Shown here in pieces: positions 1 through 9,327 of a DNA stretch of 43,016 bases (position 1 is the first letter of the stretch; each line of letters starts with the position of its first letter). A program made the position numbers and the translations under genes. The stretch comes from Candidatus Methanophagales archaeon. Its GTDB lineage: Archaea; Halobacteriota; Syntropharchaeia; Alkanophagales; Methanospirareceae. The notes beneath the pieces were generated by a model, which was not told the origin of the DNA, did no database searches, and saw only the letters and a program-made list of their open reading frames with translations. The DNA is taken from the NCBI GenBank assembly GCA_014859735.1, contig JACUTR010000002.1, positions 1-43,016 of the forward strand, read 5' to 3'.

Positions 1-280
1 TTTTAATACATTTTTTTCATTTATATGAGAATATATATAAGTTTTTCTATTTCTTCTTACTTCAGCTGGCTAACGGATAAGAAAATAACAAAATACTTCA
101 CCGTACGCGGAATTTACGTTGCCTGTTATTCAAACAATCTCACTAACCGAAATACCTGATTTAAGCTCATTCAACTGACTTTTTAGAAGAAAAACACCAA
201 AAAAGGAGACTGAAGGAAATTGAGCCTTTATCTATCCAATCCTTTATCTGAGCGCTTCTTTCTTCTTCCTCGTCATTCGT

Positions 281-715
281 CTACTCTTTTGTAGCTTCGA
301 TTACTCGATCCAGTAATATATCCACCAGCCGCTCATCCGCTCCTATCGGCTTTGCGTAAGTAAGCTTAACATCTCTACCCAGATCCTCCCAAGCACCCTC
401 AAAGGCTGTTTTCAACTTCTCTGGGATGTCCTCTTTGGTATGCGCCCCGTCAGCTAAAAAAACAGGCTGCGCCACTATCGTCTTCATTCCGTCTTGAGCA
501 AGGTCTCTCAGTACTTCTTCAATGCTCGGCGAGTTCAATTGCATGAAGGCTACCTTAACCGCTTTAAATATCCCCCGCATTTCTATTCTCTTTCCCAACT
601 CTTCGAGCACTTCTTTATTATAGGGTAACGTGCTTCCATGTCCGATTAAAACGACCGCAGTGTCATCTCCATTTCCGCCTACGTCTCTATTCTCTTCTTC
701 TGCCAATTTCATCAC
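281..715 (-). CDS. cfbA: Small CbiX-type sirohydrochlorin chelatase (CbiX-S / CfbA-like, Co or Ni insertion)
   Basis: The 144-aa ORF has 'VVLIGHGS' and 'FLADGAHTKEDIP' segments typical of class II CbiX/SirB chelatases. It lies next to a NifH-like gene and a CbiA-like gene. Confidence 0.8.
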   Translation of the reverse strand: MMKLAEEENRDVGGNGDDTAVVLIGHGSTLPYNKEVLEELGKRIEMRGIFKAVKVAFMQLNSPSIEEVLRDLAQDGMKTIVAQPVFLADGAHTKEDIPEKLKTAFEGAWEDLGRDVKLTYAKPIGADERLVDILLDRVIEATKE

Positions 716-919
716 CTTCTTTCTGATATGTGGTATGAAACGATCCTAACTCCCTAAAATTAAACCATTTTAAATAGTTTTCGATTTTGGTATTGGTAAT
801 AACTTCATCAATGGGTTTCATATTTATTGTATGTATGAGAAGAAACCGATAAGGTAAAAACACGACTTATCCAATTAAGATGCTGCTTCATACTTACTTG
901 CTTATGGTCAGTACCGAAC

Positions 920-1804
920 TCATAAATCCGCTACCCTATACTTCTCTTTTATTCGCTTCCTGATTTCTTGACCTATTCCAAGCATCTTTTTGGGTGCTAA
1001 TGGCTCAGGAACTGAGGTCTGCGTGTTCGTGTAAATTCTCAGAGCCAGCCCCCGAAACAAACCGGCAATAGCACCCGTAGGGTCATATTCGATGAGGGTA
1101 TTACCCTTAATCTCGGCTTCTGCAATCTGAGGCGCGTTAGGGATATGCCCGATAACGTGTGAACCAACCTCTTCAGCAAAATCGTGAACGATAGTATCGT
1201 CATCAAGGATACCTCTTACGTTATAAACGATACCACCTAAAGGAGCCCCTCCTTTCGTAGCGAACTCACTAATACCTTTGCAAATATTGTTTGCGGCGTA
1301 AAGAGCAAGATAATCCGCGGATGTTATGATATAAACCTCGTCAGCCAAGCCCTTCCTCAGGGGCATTGCAAATCCACCACAGACCACATCTCCGGGTACA
1401 TCGTATATCACCACGTCCGGCTTAAATGCTTCAAAGGCATTCAGCCTCTTAAGCAAGTCGATTGCAACGATCACTCCTCTACCAGCGCATCCAACACCCG
1501 GTCTCGGGCCCCCACATTCGGCGCAATAAACACCTCCATAACCTTCGTAAACGATCTCATCGAGTCTGATTTTATTTCCTTCCACCAGCCCTTCAAGACC
1601 CAACTGCTCTATACCTTTATCTCTTGATGTCTCGAGAATGGTTGGTATTTCAACCTCTCCCCGCAAGTTTCTCGTGCAGTCGTGCTTTGGGTCACAGCCG
1701 ATCATCATCACGGTAAGACCATGCTCGGCCAGTGCAGCCGCGATGTTCGAGCTTACTGTGGATTTCCCAACGCCGCCTTTACCATAAAATGCTATCTGCC
1801 TCAT
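920..1804 (-). CDS. cfbC: NifH-like ATPase, probable Ni-sirohydrochlorin a,c-diamide reductive cyclase component CfbC
   Basis: P-loop 'YGKGGVGKST' and the 4Fe-4S Cys motifs 'CGGPRPGVGCAGRG' and 'VCGGFAMP' are present. There is no nifD/K nearby and the gene is flanked by cfbA and cfbB-like genes. The start was moved to the ATG at 1804 (MRQIAFYGKGG). Confidence 0.8.
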   Translation of the reverse strand: MRQIAFYGKGGVGKSTVSSNIAAALAEHGLTVMMIGCDPKHDCTRNLRGEVEIPTILETSRDKGIEQLGLEGLVEGNKIRLDEIVYEGYGGVYCAECGGPRPGVGCAGRGVIVAIDLLKRLNAFEAFKPDVVIYDVPGDVVCGGFAMPLRKGLADEVYIITSADYLALYAANNICKGISEFATKGGAPLGGIVYNVRGILDDDTIVHDFAEEVGSHVIGHIPNAPQIAEAEIKGNTLIEYDPTGAIAGLFRGLALRIYTNTQTSVPEPLAPKKMLGIGQEIRKRIKEKYRVADL

Positions 1805-2046
1805 TTTAAGAGCCATCATAAAATTTTTTTGACCTCTATTCTATCATATCCAGATCGTCATACTCTTTACTTCATTAGCATCACGGAATAAATCTTTTCT
1901 GCCGTCCCATCTATATTGCATGCATAGATAGTATAGTACTCACCTCTTAAATTCTCAGAATAAAAAGATAAATGAAGAGGAGGAATGGCCTCAACGAAAA
2001 AGAGGCACGTGAGGGGGAAAAAGTATTTGAATCGATTGGAAGGAAA

Positions 2047-3471
2047 ATGAACATCCCCAGAGTAATAATTGCGGGAGACAGAAGCTCTGCAGGTAAGACG
2101 ACCATATGTATTGGACTGTTGAGCGCTTTGCGAACATGTGGCTTCGAGGTTCAAGGATTCAAGGCCGGACTTGACTATATAGATCCTGGCTTTCATACCT
2201 TAGTCTCTGGAAGAGCATCAAGAAATCTGGACGGTTTCTTGATGCCACCTGCTACATTGAGGGAGATATTTATAAGAAACTGTATGGGTGCGGATATCGC
2301 GGTAATAGAAGGGGTAAGGGGACTCTACGAAGGGTTGAATTATTCCGATGATGTAGGAAGCACCGCTCAGTTAGCAAAGATTTTAGAGTGCCCCGTTATA
2401 CTCGTGATTGATGCGAGTAGTATCACAAGGAGTGTTGCCGCGGTGGTTAACGGTTATAAAAACTTTGACCCTGAAGTGCAGCTAGCAGGAATTATTTTGA
2501 ACAATATTGGAAGCGAACGACACGGTGAGAAGGCGCAGAAGGCCGTAGAGAAGTACTGTGCTATAAAAGTTATTGGTAAGATTCCTCGTAAGAACGAGCT
2601 GAAAATCGCAATGCGGCATCTTGGTTTGGTTACCGCTACGGAATGTAAAACCAGATGGAATGATTTTAACCGCGTTTTGGACAGGATAAAAACAGCGGTA
2701 GAGGAGAATGTAGATATAAAAGTGCTTTTTGATATCGCCAAATCAGCACCTGCTCTAACAGTGCCGGAGTCAAGGATCTTTCGTTCTCGTTCGAGTAGAA
2801 GAGGAGAGGCAAAAGTACGGATTGCAGTGGCTTTTGACGAGGCGTTCAATTTTTACTATCAGGACACGCTGGATCTACTCGCGCTGGAAGGTGCGGAACT
2901 CGTATATTTCAGCCCGATAGGGGATAAAAAGCTTCCTGAAGGAGTGGATGCGGTTTATCTCGGGGGCGGCTTCCCCGAGCTGTATGCAGCGGAGCTCGCC
3001 GCGAATACGCAGATGATCAAAGCCATAAAGGACTTTTACGATGGCTATGGGGTTATCTATGCGGAGTGCGGAGGTTTGATGTATCTGATGGAGCGACTCA
3101 TCTACAAAGACACCAGCTTTGCGTTCTGTGGTGTGCTAAAAGGATCAGTGAGATTTGGAGAACGGAGAATCATAAACTATGTAGAGGGGGAATTTCGGAA
3201 GGATTGTATCTTAGGGAAGAAAGGCAGCAGATTTAAGGGGCATGAATTCCATCATTCTACCATAATGCTTGAAGGAAACAGTGATTTTGCTTTTAAACTA
3301 CTCAGAGGTGAGGGTGTCGGGGATGGTATGGATGGTATTATAACAAAGAACTGCCTCGCTTCTTTTGCTCATCTTCATGCAGCTTCTTACACCGGGTTTG
3401 CTAAAAATTTTGTCAACAGTGCAAGAGAACAAAGGTCGCGCACGCTCCCTCAGACCGGGTCTCTCAGCTAA
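2047..3471 (+). CDS. cfbB: Cobyrinate / Ni-sirohydrochlorin a,c-diamide synthase (CbiA/CfbB family, glutamine amidotransferase)
   Basis: N-terminal 'IAGDRSSAGKTT' is a MinD/CobQ-type ATP loop. C-terminal 'YAECGGLMYL' is the GATase nucleophile Cys motif. The ATG at 2047 is preceded by GGAAGGA. CfbB cannot be separated from CbiA by eye. Confidence 0.8.
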   Translation: MNIPRVIIAGDRSSAGKTTICIGLLSALRTCGFEVQGFKAGLDYIDPGFHTLVSGRASRNLDGFLMPPATLREIFIRNCMGADIAVIEGVRGLYEGLNYSDDVGSTAQLAKILECPVILVIDASSITRSVAAVVNGYKNFDPEVQLAGIILNNIGSERHGEKAQKAVEKYCAIKVIGKIPRKNELKIAMRHLGLVTATECKTRWNDFNRVLDRIKTAVEENVDIKVLFDIAKSAPALTVPESRIFRSRSSRRGEAKVRIAVAFDEAFNFYYQDTLDLLALEGAELVYFSPIGDKKLPEGVDAVYLGGGFPELYAAELAANTQMIKAIKDFYDGYGVIYAECGGLMYLMERLIYKDTSFAFCGVLKGSVRFGERRIINYVEGEFRKDCILGKKGSRFKGHEFHHSTIMLEGNSDFAFKLLRGEGVGDGMDGIITKNCLASFAHLHAASYTGFAKNFVNSAREQRSRTLPQTGSLS

Positions 3472-3581
3472 GGACGCCATAAACATAGATTTGCACCCTG
3501 AATCAAGTACAGAGCGGATGAAGTAAGAGGTACACAAAAGGAAAAAATTTAAAAAGAAGATTGACAAATTATGAGAACATC

Positions 3582-4238
3582 ATGCTTCCCCTCTACATCG
3601 ATCTTTCGGATAAAAGAATACTCGTATTTGGCGGTGGTAGTGTTGCCGAGAGGAAAATATGTCAGATTTTGGAGACGGGTGAAGATGTAAAGGAGGGGAA
3701 GGTGAAGGTGGAAGTTTACAGTCTCGATTTTACTTCGCGCGTAGAAGAGCTGTGCGAAAAGAGAACCATTCAATGTTTTAGAGGTAATTTGTGGGATCAG
3801 AACGTGGAAGAGCTTCTAAAAGGAGCTTTTTTGATCCTCATTTGCACCAATGACGAGGCTCTAAATGATTACATTTTTAACGAGGCGGCAAAATTTGAGG
3901 TGCTCATCAATTACCGCGATAAGGGAAATGCATTTATGTCTTCAGTACTAAACAAAGGCGGATTTCTTATTTCTATCTCTACAGGTGGTAAGGGACCCGC
4001 ACTGGCACGATACCTGAAGGAAAAGATTGCGTCACTTATAGGAGATAAAGAGGAGAAGATGCTGTATATCCAGAAACAGCTGAGAGAATATTTAAAAGAG
4101 AGGATTAACGATGAGCGGAGAAGGAAAGAGATTTTAACCTGTGTTTTGAGCGATTATGACTGCTGGGACGTTCTTGATGATCCCCTTGAGGTTGCTAAAG
4201 AACGCATTTTTCGAATTGTAGAGGATAAATATGTATAA
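3582..4238 (+). CDS. sirC: Precorrin-2 dehydrogenase / sirohydrochlorin ferrochelatase (SirC / CysG N-terminal-like)
   Basis: Rossmann motif 'ILVFGGGSVAERK' sits near the N-terminus. Size is about 218 aa. The 3' end overlaps the hemA start by 8 nt. Confidence 0.7.
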   Translation: MLPLYIDLSDKRILVFGGGSVAERKICQILETGEDVKEGKVKVEVYSLDFTSRVEELCEKRTIQCFRGNLWDQNVEELLKGAFLILICTNDEALNDYIFNEAAKFEVLINYRDKGNAFMSSVLNKGGFLISISTGGKGPALARYLKEKIASLIGDKEEKMLYIQKQLREYLKERINDERRRKEILTCVLSDYDCWDVLDDPLEVAKERIFRIVEDKYV

Positions 4239-5496
4239 AATTGGCTCTCTATGGCTTTCGCATAAAATGTGTAATGTCCTGGAACTTGAAGAGGTAGCTA
4301 CTCGATTGACTCCAGCGATATTCGCAGAAGACCAGCGCGTGGATGGGTATGTAGTTTTAAACACGTGTAATCGCGTGGAGGCGTATATCACCGCGGAGAA
4401 TCCAAGAGAGGTCTTAAATGATTTGGTCACTAGACTAAAATTGGAACAAAGCGTGATCTCCGTTGGCAGAGCTGCGGTAGAGCATCTTATGCGAGTCGCT
4501 TGTGGGCTTGAAGCGATGATAATAGGAGAAGACCAGATTCTGGGGCAGATAAGGAAGTGTCATCTGGATAGCAAGAGAGAAGGGACGATTAACGGTCTTC
4601 TGGACATGGCGTTCGAACGAGCGATAAAAGTAGCGAAGAAGGCGAGAAGTGAAACAAGAATAAACGAAGGGTCGGTTTCTATCGGGTCTGCGGCAGTTGA
4701 ACTTGCAGAGGAGATAACTGGAGGATTAGAAGGTAAAAACATTCTTGTAATTGGTGCAGGAGAAATGGGAACGCTCGTAGCACGAGCTATTGCAGAAAAA
4801 GCCTTGAAAGCCATGTTCATTGCCAATCGGACATACGAAAAAGCGAAGAGACTTGCCGAAGAGGTAGGCGGTAAGGCGGCTAGACTGGATGAGAAGGAGA
4901 AATGGCTTACGGTTTGTGATATCGCGATAAGCACTACCTCCGCGCCTCATTATATCCTGGATTACGAGTTGATGCTGAGGGTAATGGATCATCGCGGGAG
5001 TGATAACCGCCTTCTCATTATAGACATAGCGAATCCGAAGGATGTTGAGGAGCGGGTTGGCGAGATAGAAGGGGTCGAACTATATGACCTGGACAGTTTA
5101 TGCGAAATAAGTGAGAATAACCTAAAAAAGAGGCTTTCTGAGGTAAGTAAAGTTGAAAAGATGATCGAGAGAGAGATTGAACTCTTTAAAAAGATTTTGA
5201 ATCAGCAGAGGGTCGAAAGGCTTGTCGGAATGTTTTATCAACACGGCTCCCGAATAAGGGAGGAGGAGATAAAGAGAGCACTCCGCCATATAGAAAAAGG
5301 GAGAGCCCCCGAAGAGGTATTGGATGATTTTTCGCGTGCGGTTTTAGCTAAAACCTATCATCAACTAACAAAAATACTCAGGAATACCGATGTTCATCTT
5401 TTAGATTCGCTTCTATTGCAACTTGAGAAAGAGTTTGATGGTCATAATTCGTCTGATGCAGTGAAAACCAAGGGTTCACAAAGAGAGGAAAGATAA
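4231..5496 (+). CDS. hemA: Glutamyl-tRNA reductase
   Basis: 'LNTCNRVE' carries the catalytic Cys. 'GLEAMIIGEDQILGQI' and the NADPH loop 'VIGAGEMG' are also present. Confidence 0.85.
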   Translation: MYKIGSLWLSHKMCNVLELEEVATRLTPAIFAEDQRVDGYVVLNTCNRVEAYITAENPREVLNDLVTRLKLEQSVISVGRAAVEHLMRVACGLEAMIIGEDQILGQIRKCHLDSKREGTINGLLDMAFERAIKVAKKARSETRINEGSVSIGSAAVELAEEITGGLEGKNILVIGAGEMGTLVARAIAEKALKAMFIANRTYEKAKRLAEEVGGKAARLDEKEKWLTVCDIAISTTSAPHYILDYELMLRVMDHRGSDNRLLIIDIANPKDVEERVGEIEGVELYDLDSLCEISENNLKKRLSEVSKVEKMIEREIELFKKILNQQRVERLVGMFYQHGSRIREEEIKRALRHIEKGRAPEEVLDDFSRAVLAKTYHQLTKILRNTDVHLLDSLLLQLEKEFDGHNSSDAVKTKGSQREER

Positions 5497-5553
5497 CTTG
5501 ATTAAGTTCATAGATTACGGTATTGGTATTCGCATTAGAGTGTGGACGTGATA

Positions 5554-6528
5554 ATGATGAATGAGATGTTTCCAAATGTGAGAATGAGACGGTTAAGAGG
5601 CCTGAAACTGATAAAAGAAACCCGAATTTCTGTAGATGACCTAATCCTCCCGTTGTTCATTGACGAGAATATAGAAGGAAAAACTAAAAACCCGATTGAT
5701 TCCATGCCGGGACAGTATAGATTCTCGATAGAAGGAGTGGTAAAAGAGGTTTTAGAGGCTCGCTCGATGGGTATAAAATCAGTGCTTTTGTTCGGGATTC
5801 CAGCGAGGAAAGATTTGATAGGAAGTGAAGCCTTCAACAACCAGGGGGTAATACAACGAGCGGTTAGAAGGATAAAAGAGGAGGTGGATGATATCATTGT
5901 CATTACCGATCTGTGTCTTTGCGAGTATACAAGTCACGGGCATTGCGGACTTGTAGAGAATGATAAAGTGGTCAATGACCCCACACTGGATATTTTAGGA
6001 AAGATAGCAGTGAGTCAAGCGGAAGCCGGGGCGGACATGGTTGCACCGTCGGGGATGATGGATGGGATGGTAAAAGTGATAAGGGATAAACTCGACACTC
6101 AAGGCTTCGTGGATACCGCTATCATGTCTTATGCGGCAAAATACAATTCCGCGTTATATGGCCCTTTTAGAGAGGCTGCGGATTCTGGCTTCAAATTCGG
6201 TGACCGAAGTGGCTATCAGATGAACGTTTCTAATGCGCGGGAAGCTCTGAGGGAAATAGAACTTGACGTACGAGAAGGTGCGGACATCGTGATGGTGAAA
6301 CCCGCCATCTTTTATCTCGACATCATTTCCAGGGTGCGTGCGAGATTTGATATTCCACTCGCCGCTTATAACGTCAGTGGGGAGTATTCAATGATAACTG
6401 CGGCTTCTGAGAAGGGATACTTGAATCGAGAAGAAGTGATTATGGAAGGATTAACCGCGATAAAAAGAGCGGGTGCGGATTTGATTATTACCTATTTTGC
6501 GAAAGATATTGCACCGTTTTTGAAGTAG
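5554..6528 (+). CDS. hemB: Porphobilinogen synthase (delta-aminolevulinate dehydratase)
   Basis: The Zn Cys cluster 'DLCLCEYTSHGHCG' and Schiff-base Lys segment 'VMVKPA' are present. The ORF opens at GTG 5542; the first ATG is at 5554. Confidence 0.9.
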   Translation: MMNEMFPNVRMRRLRGLKLIKETRISVDDLILPLFIDENIEGKTKNPIDSMPGQYRFSIEGVVKEVLEARSMGIKSVLLFGIPARKDLIGSEAFNNQGVIQRAVRRIKEEVDDIIVITDLCLCEYTSHGHCGLVENDKVVNDPTLDILGKIAVSQAEAGADMVAPSGMMDGMVKVIRDKLDTQGFVDTAIMSYAAKYNSALYGPFREAADSGFKFGDRSGYQMNVSNAREALREIELDVREGADIVMVKPAIFYLDIISRVRARFDIPLAAYNVSGEYSMITAASEKGYLNREEVIMEGLTAIKRAGADLIITYFAKDIAPFLK

Positions 6529-6549
6529 CTACTAAACTCTAAACCCGAA

Positions 6550-7344
6550 TTAGGATTTACGATCTTCCCGTTCTTGTTGAGCATGTTTCTTTATCTCATT
6601 CAAAATATCCTCAAAAGTGCTCTTCTCAGCAACCAAATCTACTCTCATTCCTTTCCCGGTTATCGTTTCGGCGGTTAAATCCCCAATAGCCGCAATTTTT
6701 GTGGCTCTAAAGATTTCCTTCTCTCTCTTTAACTCTTTGGAAAGTTCAAAAAAGATTTCAAACGTCAAAGAACTCGTGAATATAATATAATCGGGCTTAA
6801 ACTTTACTAAATCCTCAAACAGTTTCTTAAATTCAGTCAAATCCTTCTTCTTCATTTCATATACCGTTATATCCGTAACAACAGCTCTTTTCCGCTCTAA
6901 AAAGCTTATAATCTCCTTATTCCCCTCTGAACTCCGAAGAAATACAATCCTCCTATCTTTTACCCTGATTGCGTTAAATAGCTCTTCGAGACCTTTGGTG
7001 CTAAACGCGGAAGGCATTAAATTCACCCGTAACCCCCTTTTCTCGAGCTCTTCTCGCGTCACCGGACCGATGGCACAGAGTTCCACATTGGCTTCCAACA
7101 AGCTCTTTTTCAAATCAATTTTACCTTCGCATAACTCAAACGATTTTTTAATACCATTTACACTGGTGAAAACGAGTATGTCAACGCCTTCGTTAAAAGC
7201 GGCCTCTATCTCGCTTAAGGCCTCATTTCTCGCCACAAGGTCAAAAACAGGAAAGCCGAAGAAATCAAATCCATGCTGCTCCGCGAGTTCTCTCGCATGG
7301 GAGAGTAAATTTTCAGGTCGGAAAGCTGCTATCCTCGGTTTCAC
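6550..7344 (-). CDS. hemD: Uroporphyrinogen-III synthase
   Basis: The 264-aa ORF has a two-lobed HemD-like pattern ('ILVFTSVNG', 'IIFTSS') and sits in a hem context. Confidence 0.7.
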   Translation of the reverse strand: MKPRIAAFRPENLLSHARELAEQHGFDFFGFPVFDLVARNEALSEIEAAFNEGVDILVFTSVNGIKKSFELCEGKIDLKKSLLEANVELCAIGPVTREELEKRGLRVNLMPSAFSTKGLEELFNAIRVKDRRIVFLRSSEGNKEIISFLERKRAVVTDITVYEMKKKDLTEFKKLFEDLVKFKPDYIIFTSSLTFEIFFELSKELKREKEIFRATKIAAIGDLTAETITGKGMRVDLVAEKSTFEDILNEIKKHAQQEREDRKS

Positions 7345-7446
7345 TTTTGATACCTCTTTTAAAAATTATAGTATGTTATATGTTAAAATCTTGTTCGCTC
7401 TTTGGCATTACTTATGAAGCCGAGTTTAGGTTTGGGCGGAGACGTC

Positions 7447-7476
7447 AGCCAGATACGCTCTGTTATCGGAAGTGCG
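7447..7476. repeat. Repeat arm A (AGCCAGATACGCTCTGTTATCGGAAGTGCG), inverted partner of 8095-8126
   Basis: The reverse complement of 8095-8126 aligns as CAGATACGCTC(+3 nt)GTTATCGGAA. A direct partial copy lies at 8171-8190. Confidence 0.8.
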
Positions 7477-7487
7477 TTCTACCATTT

Positions 7488-7625
7488 TTATCCCTCTATG
7501 CCATATTTTTTCCTTATATTCTGCAAATCTCTTTTCTCAGCCTCCGGGTCTTCGTTATATCTTTTACTCAACTTATCCCGAATCTCTCTCATCATCTTTA
7601 CTGCATCAAATTTTTTATCTTTCAT
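7488..7625 (-). CDS. 45-aa ORF overlapping the 3' end of the PIN gene (MKDKKFDAVKMMREIRDKLSKRYNEDPEAEKRDLQNIRKKYGIEG), candidate cognate partner/antitoxin
   Basis: Found by hand translation, since it is below the ORF-track cutoff. The ATG at 7625 is preceded by GGGAGGTG and overlaps the PIN ORF by 11 nt. The stop TAA is at 7488-7490. Confidence 0.45.
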   Translation of the reverse strand: MKDKKFDAVKMMREIRDKLSKRYNEDPEAEKRDLQNIRKKYGIEG

Positions 7626-8070
7626 GAAGCACCTCCCTTGGACTCCTTATTTCTAATAATGGATACCCATATTTAAGGTTTACAGAATTATAAAGTCTGA
7701 TCTTGGTCAGATTCACTATATGTCTGAAGTTCCAACTCACTAAAACATCAACCCTGTTGACTGTGGCTATAGCTATGTGCTGTGCATCTACCAAATATCC
7801 CTCGCTTACGACACCTTCCTCAATATAACGGTGTGCTAACTCCCTTGCCTCGTCATTCAAAATGACATATTCTTTGCCTTCTTCTGGTATTTCCTCAACC
7901 AAGTTCCTGACATTCGCTGGTGCCTCCTCCAGTTCCCTCAATGTCAAATCTGAGATTACAAGGACTTTTAAACCTAATTTGAACTCTTCTATTAGTTTGT
8001 TAGACCATTCCTCGAACTCAGCATCAAAATATCCTCCAAATAGCGAAGTATCCACATATACTTTTATCAT
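7615..8070 (-). CDS. PIN-domain ribonuclease (VapC-like toxin)
   Basis: The 151-aa ORF has acidic PIN positions 'VYVDTS', 'LRELEE' and 'VDAQHIAIA'. AGGTGA lies 8 nt upstream of the ATG. Confidence 0.75.
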   Translation of the reverse strand: MIKVYVDTSLFGGYFDAEFEEWSNKLIEEFKLGLKVLVISDLTLRELEEAPANVRNLVEEIPEEGKEYVILNDEARELAHRYIEEGVVSEGYLVDAQHIAIATVNRVDVLVSWNFRHIVNLTKIRLYNSVNLKYGYPLLEIRSPREVLHER

Positions 8071-8094
8071 TATGCTGTCACCTCTTCCTTAGAC

Positions 8095-8190
8095 GCATTT
8101 CCGATAACGGCTGAGCGTATCTGAAGTTCCGAGCGAAGCGAGGAATTTAGGCAAAGTGCCGAAGGCACGAAGCCAGATACACTCTGATGG
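8095..8190. repeat. Roughly 95-nt palindromic element (arm B CCGATAACGGCTGAGCGTATCTG ... arm C CAGATACACTCTGATGG) with internal small hairpins
   Basis: Arms B and C are inverted copies of the same motif found at 7447-7476. The loop contains GTGCC-GAA-GGCAC and TTCC..GGAA hairpins. Confidence 0.7.
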
Positions 8191-8222
8191 TAGTAGAACT
8201 CTTTTACCGGAATAAATAAATG

Positions 8223-8250
8223 AGTGCTTATTACCCTATAAATAAGCACT
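8223..8250. other. Perfect 10-bp stem hairpin (AGTGCTTATT-N8-AATAAGCACT)
   Basis: Read directly from the sequence. It lies in the spacer between the EVE-like nuclease gene and the PIN module. Confidence 0.6.
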
Positions 8251-8392
8251 TTTGAGGGGATTAAAATGGCGATGCTACGTGAAGGTGTGAAATATGGAAA
8301 GATTTATGGATTAAGCCCTTGCTGAAAGAGATATAAATAGGGAGGTACATAAAAAGATAGTGAAAGGTAAAGGAAAAAGAGTGCTAAGGAAT

Positions 8393-8402
8393 GTTAGGCG
8401 AC
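8393..8402. repeat. GTTAGGCGAC, inverted partner of 9328-9337 (GTCGCCTAAC)
   Basis: A 10-bp perfect inverted repeat brackets the 294-aa ORF, 13 nt beyond its stop codon and 29 nt before its start. Confidence 0.7.
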
Positions 8403-8414
8403 GTTGTTATTCCT

Positions 8415-9299
8415 TTACACCATGATACTGTGTTCATGAGTGTTACTCCTGACCAAAAGGGAATTCTTTGCTCGGTCAATAGCGTAAGCAAATTGCATTA
8501 TTTCATCATCTACAAAACTAATTTCTGCTCCAATTGCCACTAATCTAACCTCCGCCCGAGCGAGCTTCCAATACTTGCCATAGTTCTTTACTTGAGATAT
8601 GGTGCCGCCATCGACAACATCTTTTTTCAACTCAATAATAATAACGTGCTTACTGTCAAACATGGCGATGTCGACATTATAATTGGTTCCTGGAAGGGTT
8701 ACCTGATTTATTATAAATGGAGTGTGGTTATTATTTAGAACGCCTTCAGTTGATAGGATCTCTATTAATGCACGCTTATTACGTAATAGAGCAGTTTCTA
8801 ACCTAGCTTCTGATGAAAATCTTCTAGTATCTTTTCTTATTAGGTCCACTTTCCCAATATCAATATTCGATTTTAGTCTAGGGCGTATATTATTTCCATG
8901 GTTCTTAAGGTATGAGATCAATTTTTCTCCTTCTCCAGGCAACAATGTGTTATTAGACCTTTGAAATGTAGTAAAGGTGTAGAATTCATGCGTTTTTCTC
9001 TGTAAGAGTACAGACCAAAGAGAACTTACATCTGACTCCCATACTCCTTCTGACATAAATTTCACTCGATAGACAAAAGGATCATCTATCTCTTCCCATA
9101 TTGGAGAATTATTATAGAATAAAGGTTCAACTATGCTAAATGGCCCAACTAACCTTCCGCTCTGGGTCTCTAAAATAAAAACGATATCTTTCGGGTCAAT
9201 ATTGGCTAGATGATTAATCTGGTTATTTGTAACCCCAAATAATCCTGTTTCTAGACATCTATCAAGATATTTCGTGGTTATGAATATGTGTGATTTCAT
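8415..9299 (-). CDS. Fusion protein: N-terminal PUA/EVE-like domain plus C-terminal NucS/DUF91-like PD-(D/E)XK nuclease (candidate modification-dependent endonuclease)
   Basis: The C-terminal 'VDIAMFDSKHVIIIELKKD...ISQVKNYGKYW' fits the D..ExK nuclease core followed by the 'Q(l/v)..Y' helix of NucS-type domains. The N-terminal 'GLFGV...IDPKDIVFILETQSGRLVGPFSIVEP...YRVKF' fits an EVE/PUA-like beta barrel. The gene is visibly more AT-rich than its neighbours. Confidence 0.55.
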   Translation of the reverse strand: MKSHIFITTKYLDRCLETGLFGVTNNQINHLANIDPKDIVFILETQSGRLVGPFSIVEPLFYNNSPIWEEIDDPFVYRVKFMSEGVWESDVSSLWSVLLQRKTHEFYTFTTFQRSNNTLLPGEGEKLISYLKNHGNNIRPRLKSNIDIGKVDLIRKDTRRFSSEARLETALLRNKRALIEILSTEGVLNNNHTPFIINQVTLPGTNYNVDIAMFDSKHVIIIELKKDVVDGGTISQVKNYGKYWKLARAEVRLVAIGAEISFVDDEIMQFAYAIDRAKNSLLVRSNTHEHSIMV

Positions 9300-9327
9300 A
9301 TTTTTAACTCCGTTCCTTAAATGCCAT

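Noticed and set aside
920-1819. NifH-like ORF as a nitrogenase Fe protein
   Set aside because: No nifD/K/E/N genes are nearby. It is flanked by a CbiX-type chelatase and a CbiA-like amidase, which is the F430 (cfb) context. The call is CfbC-like rather than nitrogen fixation.
8267-8326. Tiny plus-strand ORF (MAMLREGVKYGKIYGLSPC) with an upstream GAGGGGA, considered as a candidate antitoxin for the PIN
   Set aside because: It is only 19 aa, lies on the opposite strand to the PIN gene and shows no features of a DNA-binding antitoxin. The overlapping 45-aa ORF downstream of the PIN is a better candidate.
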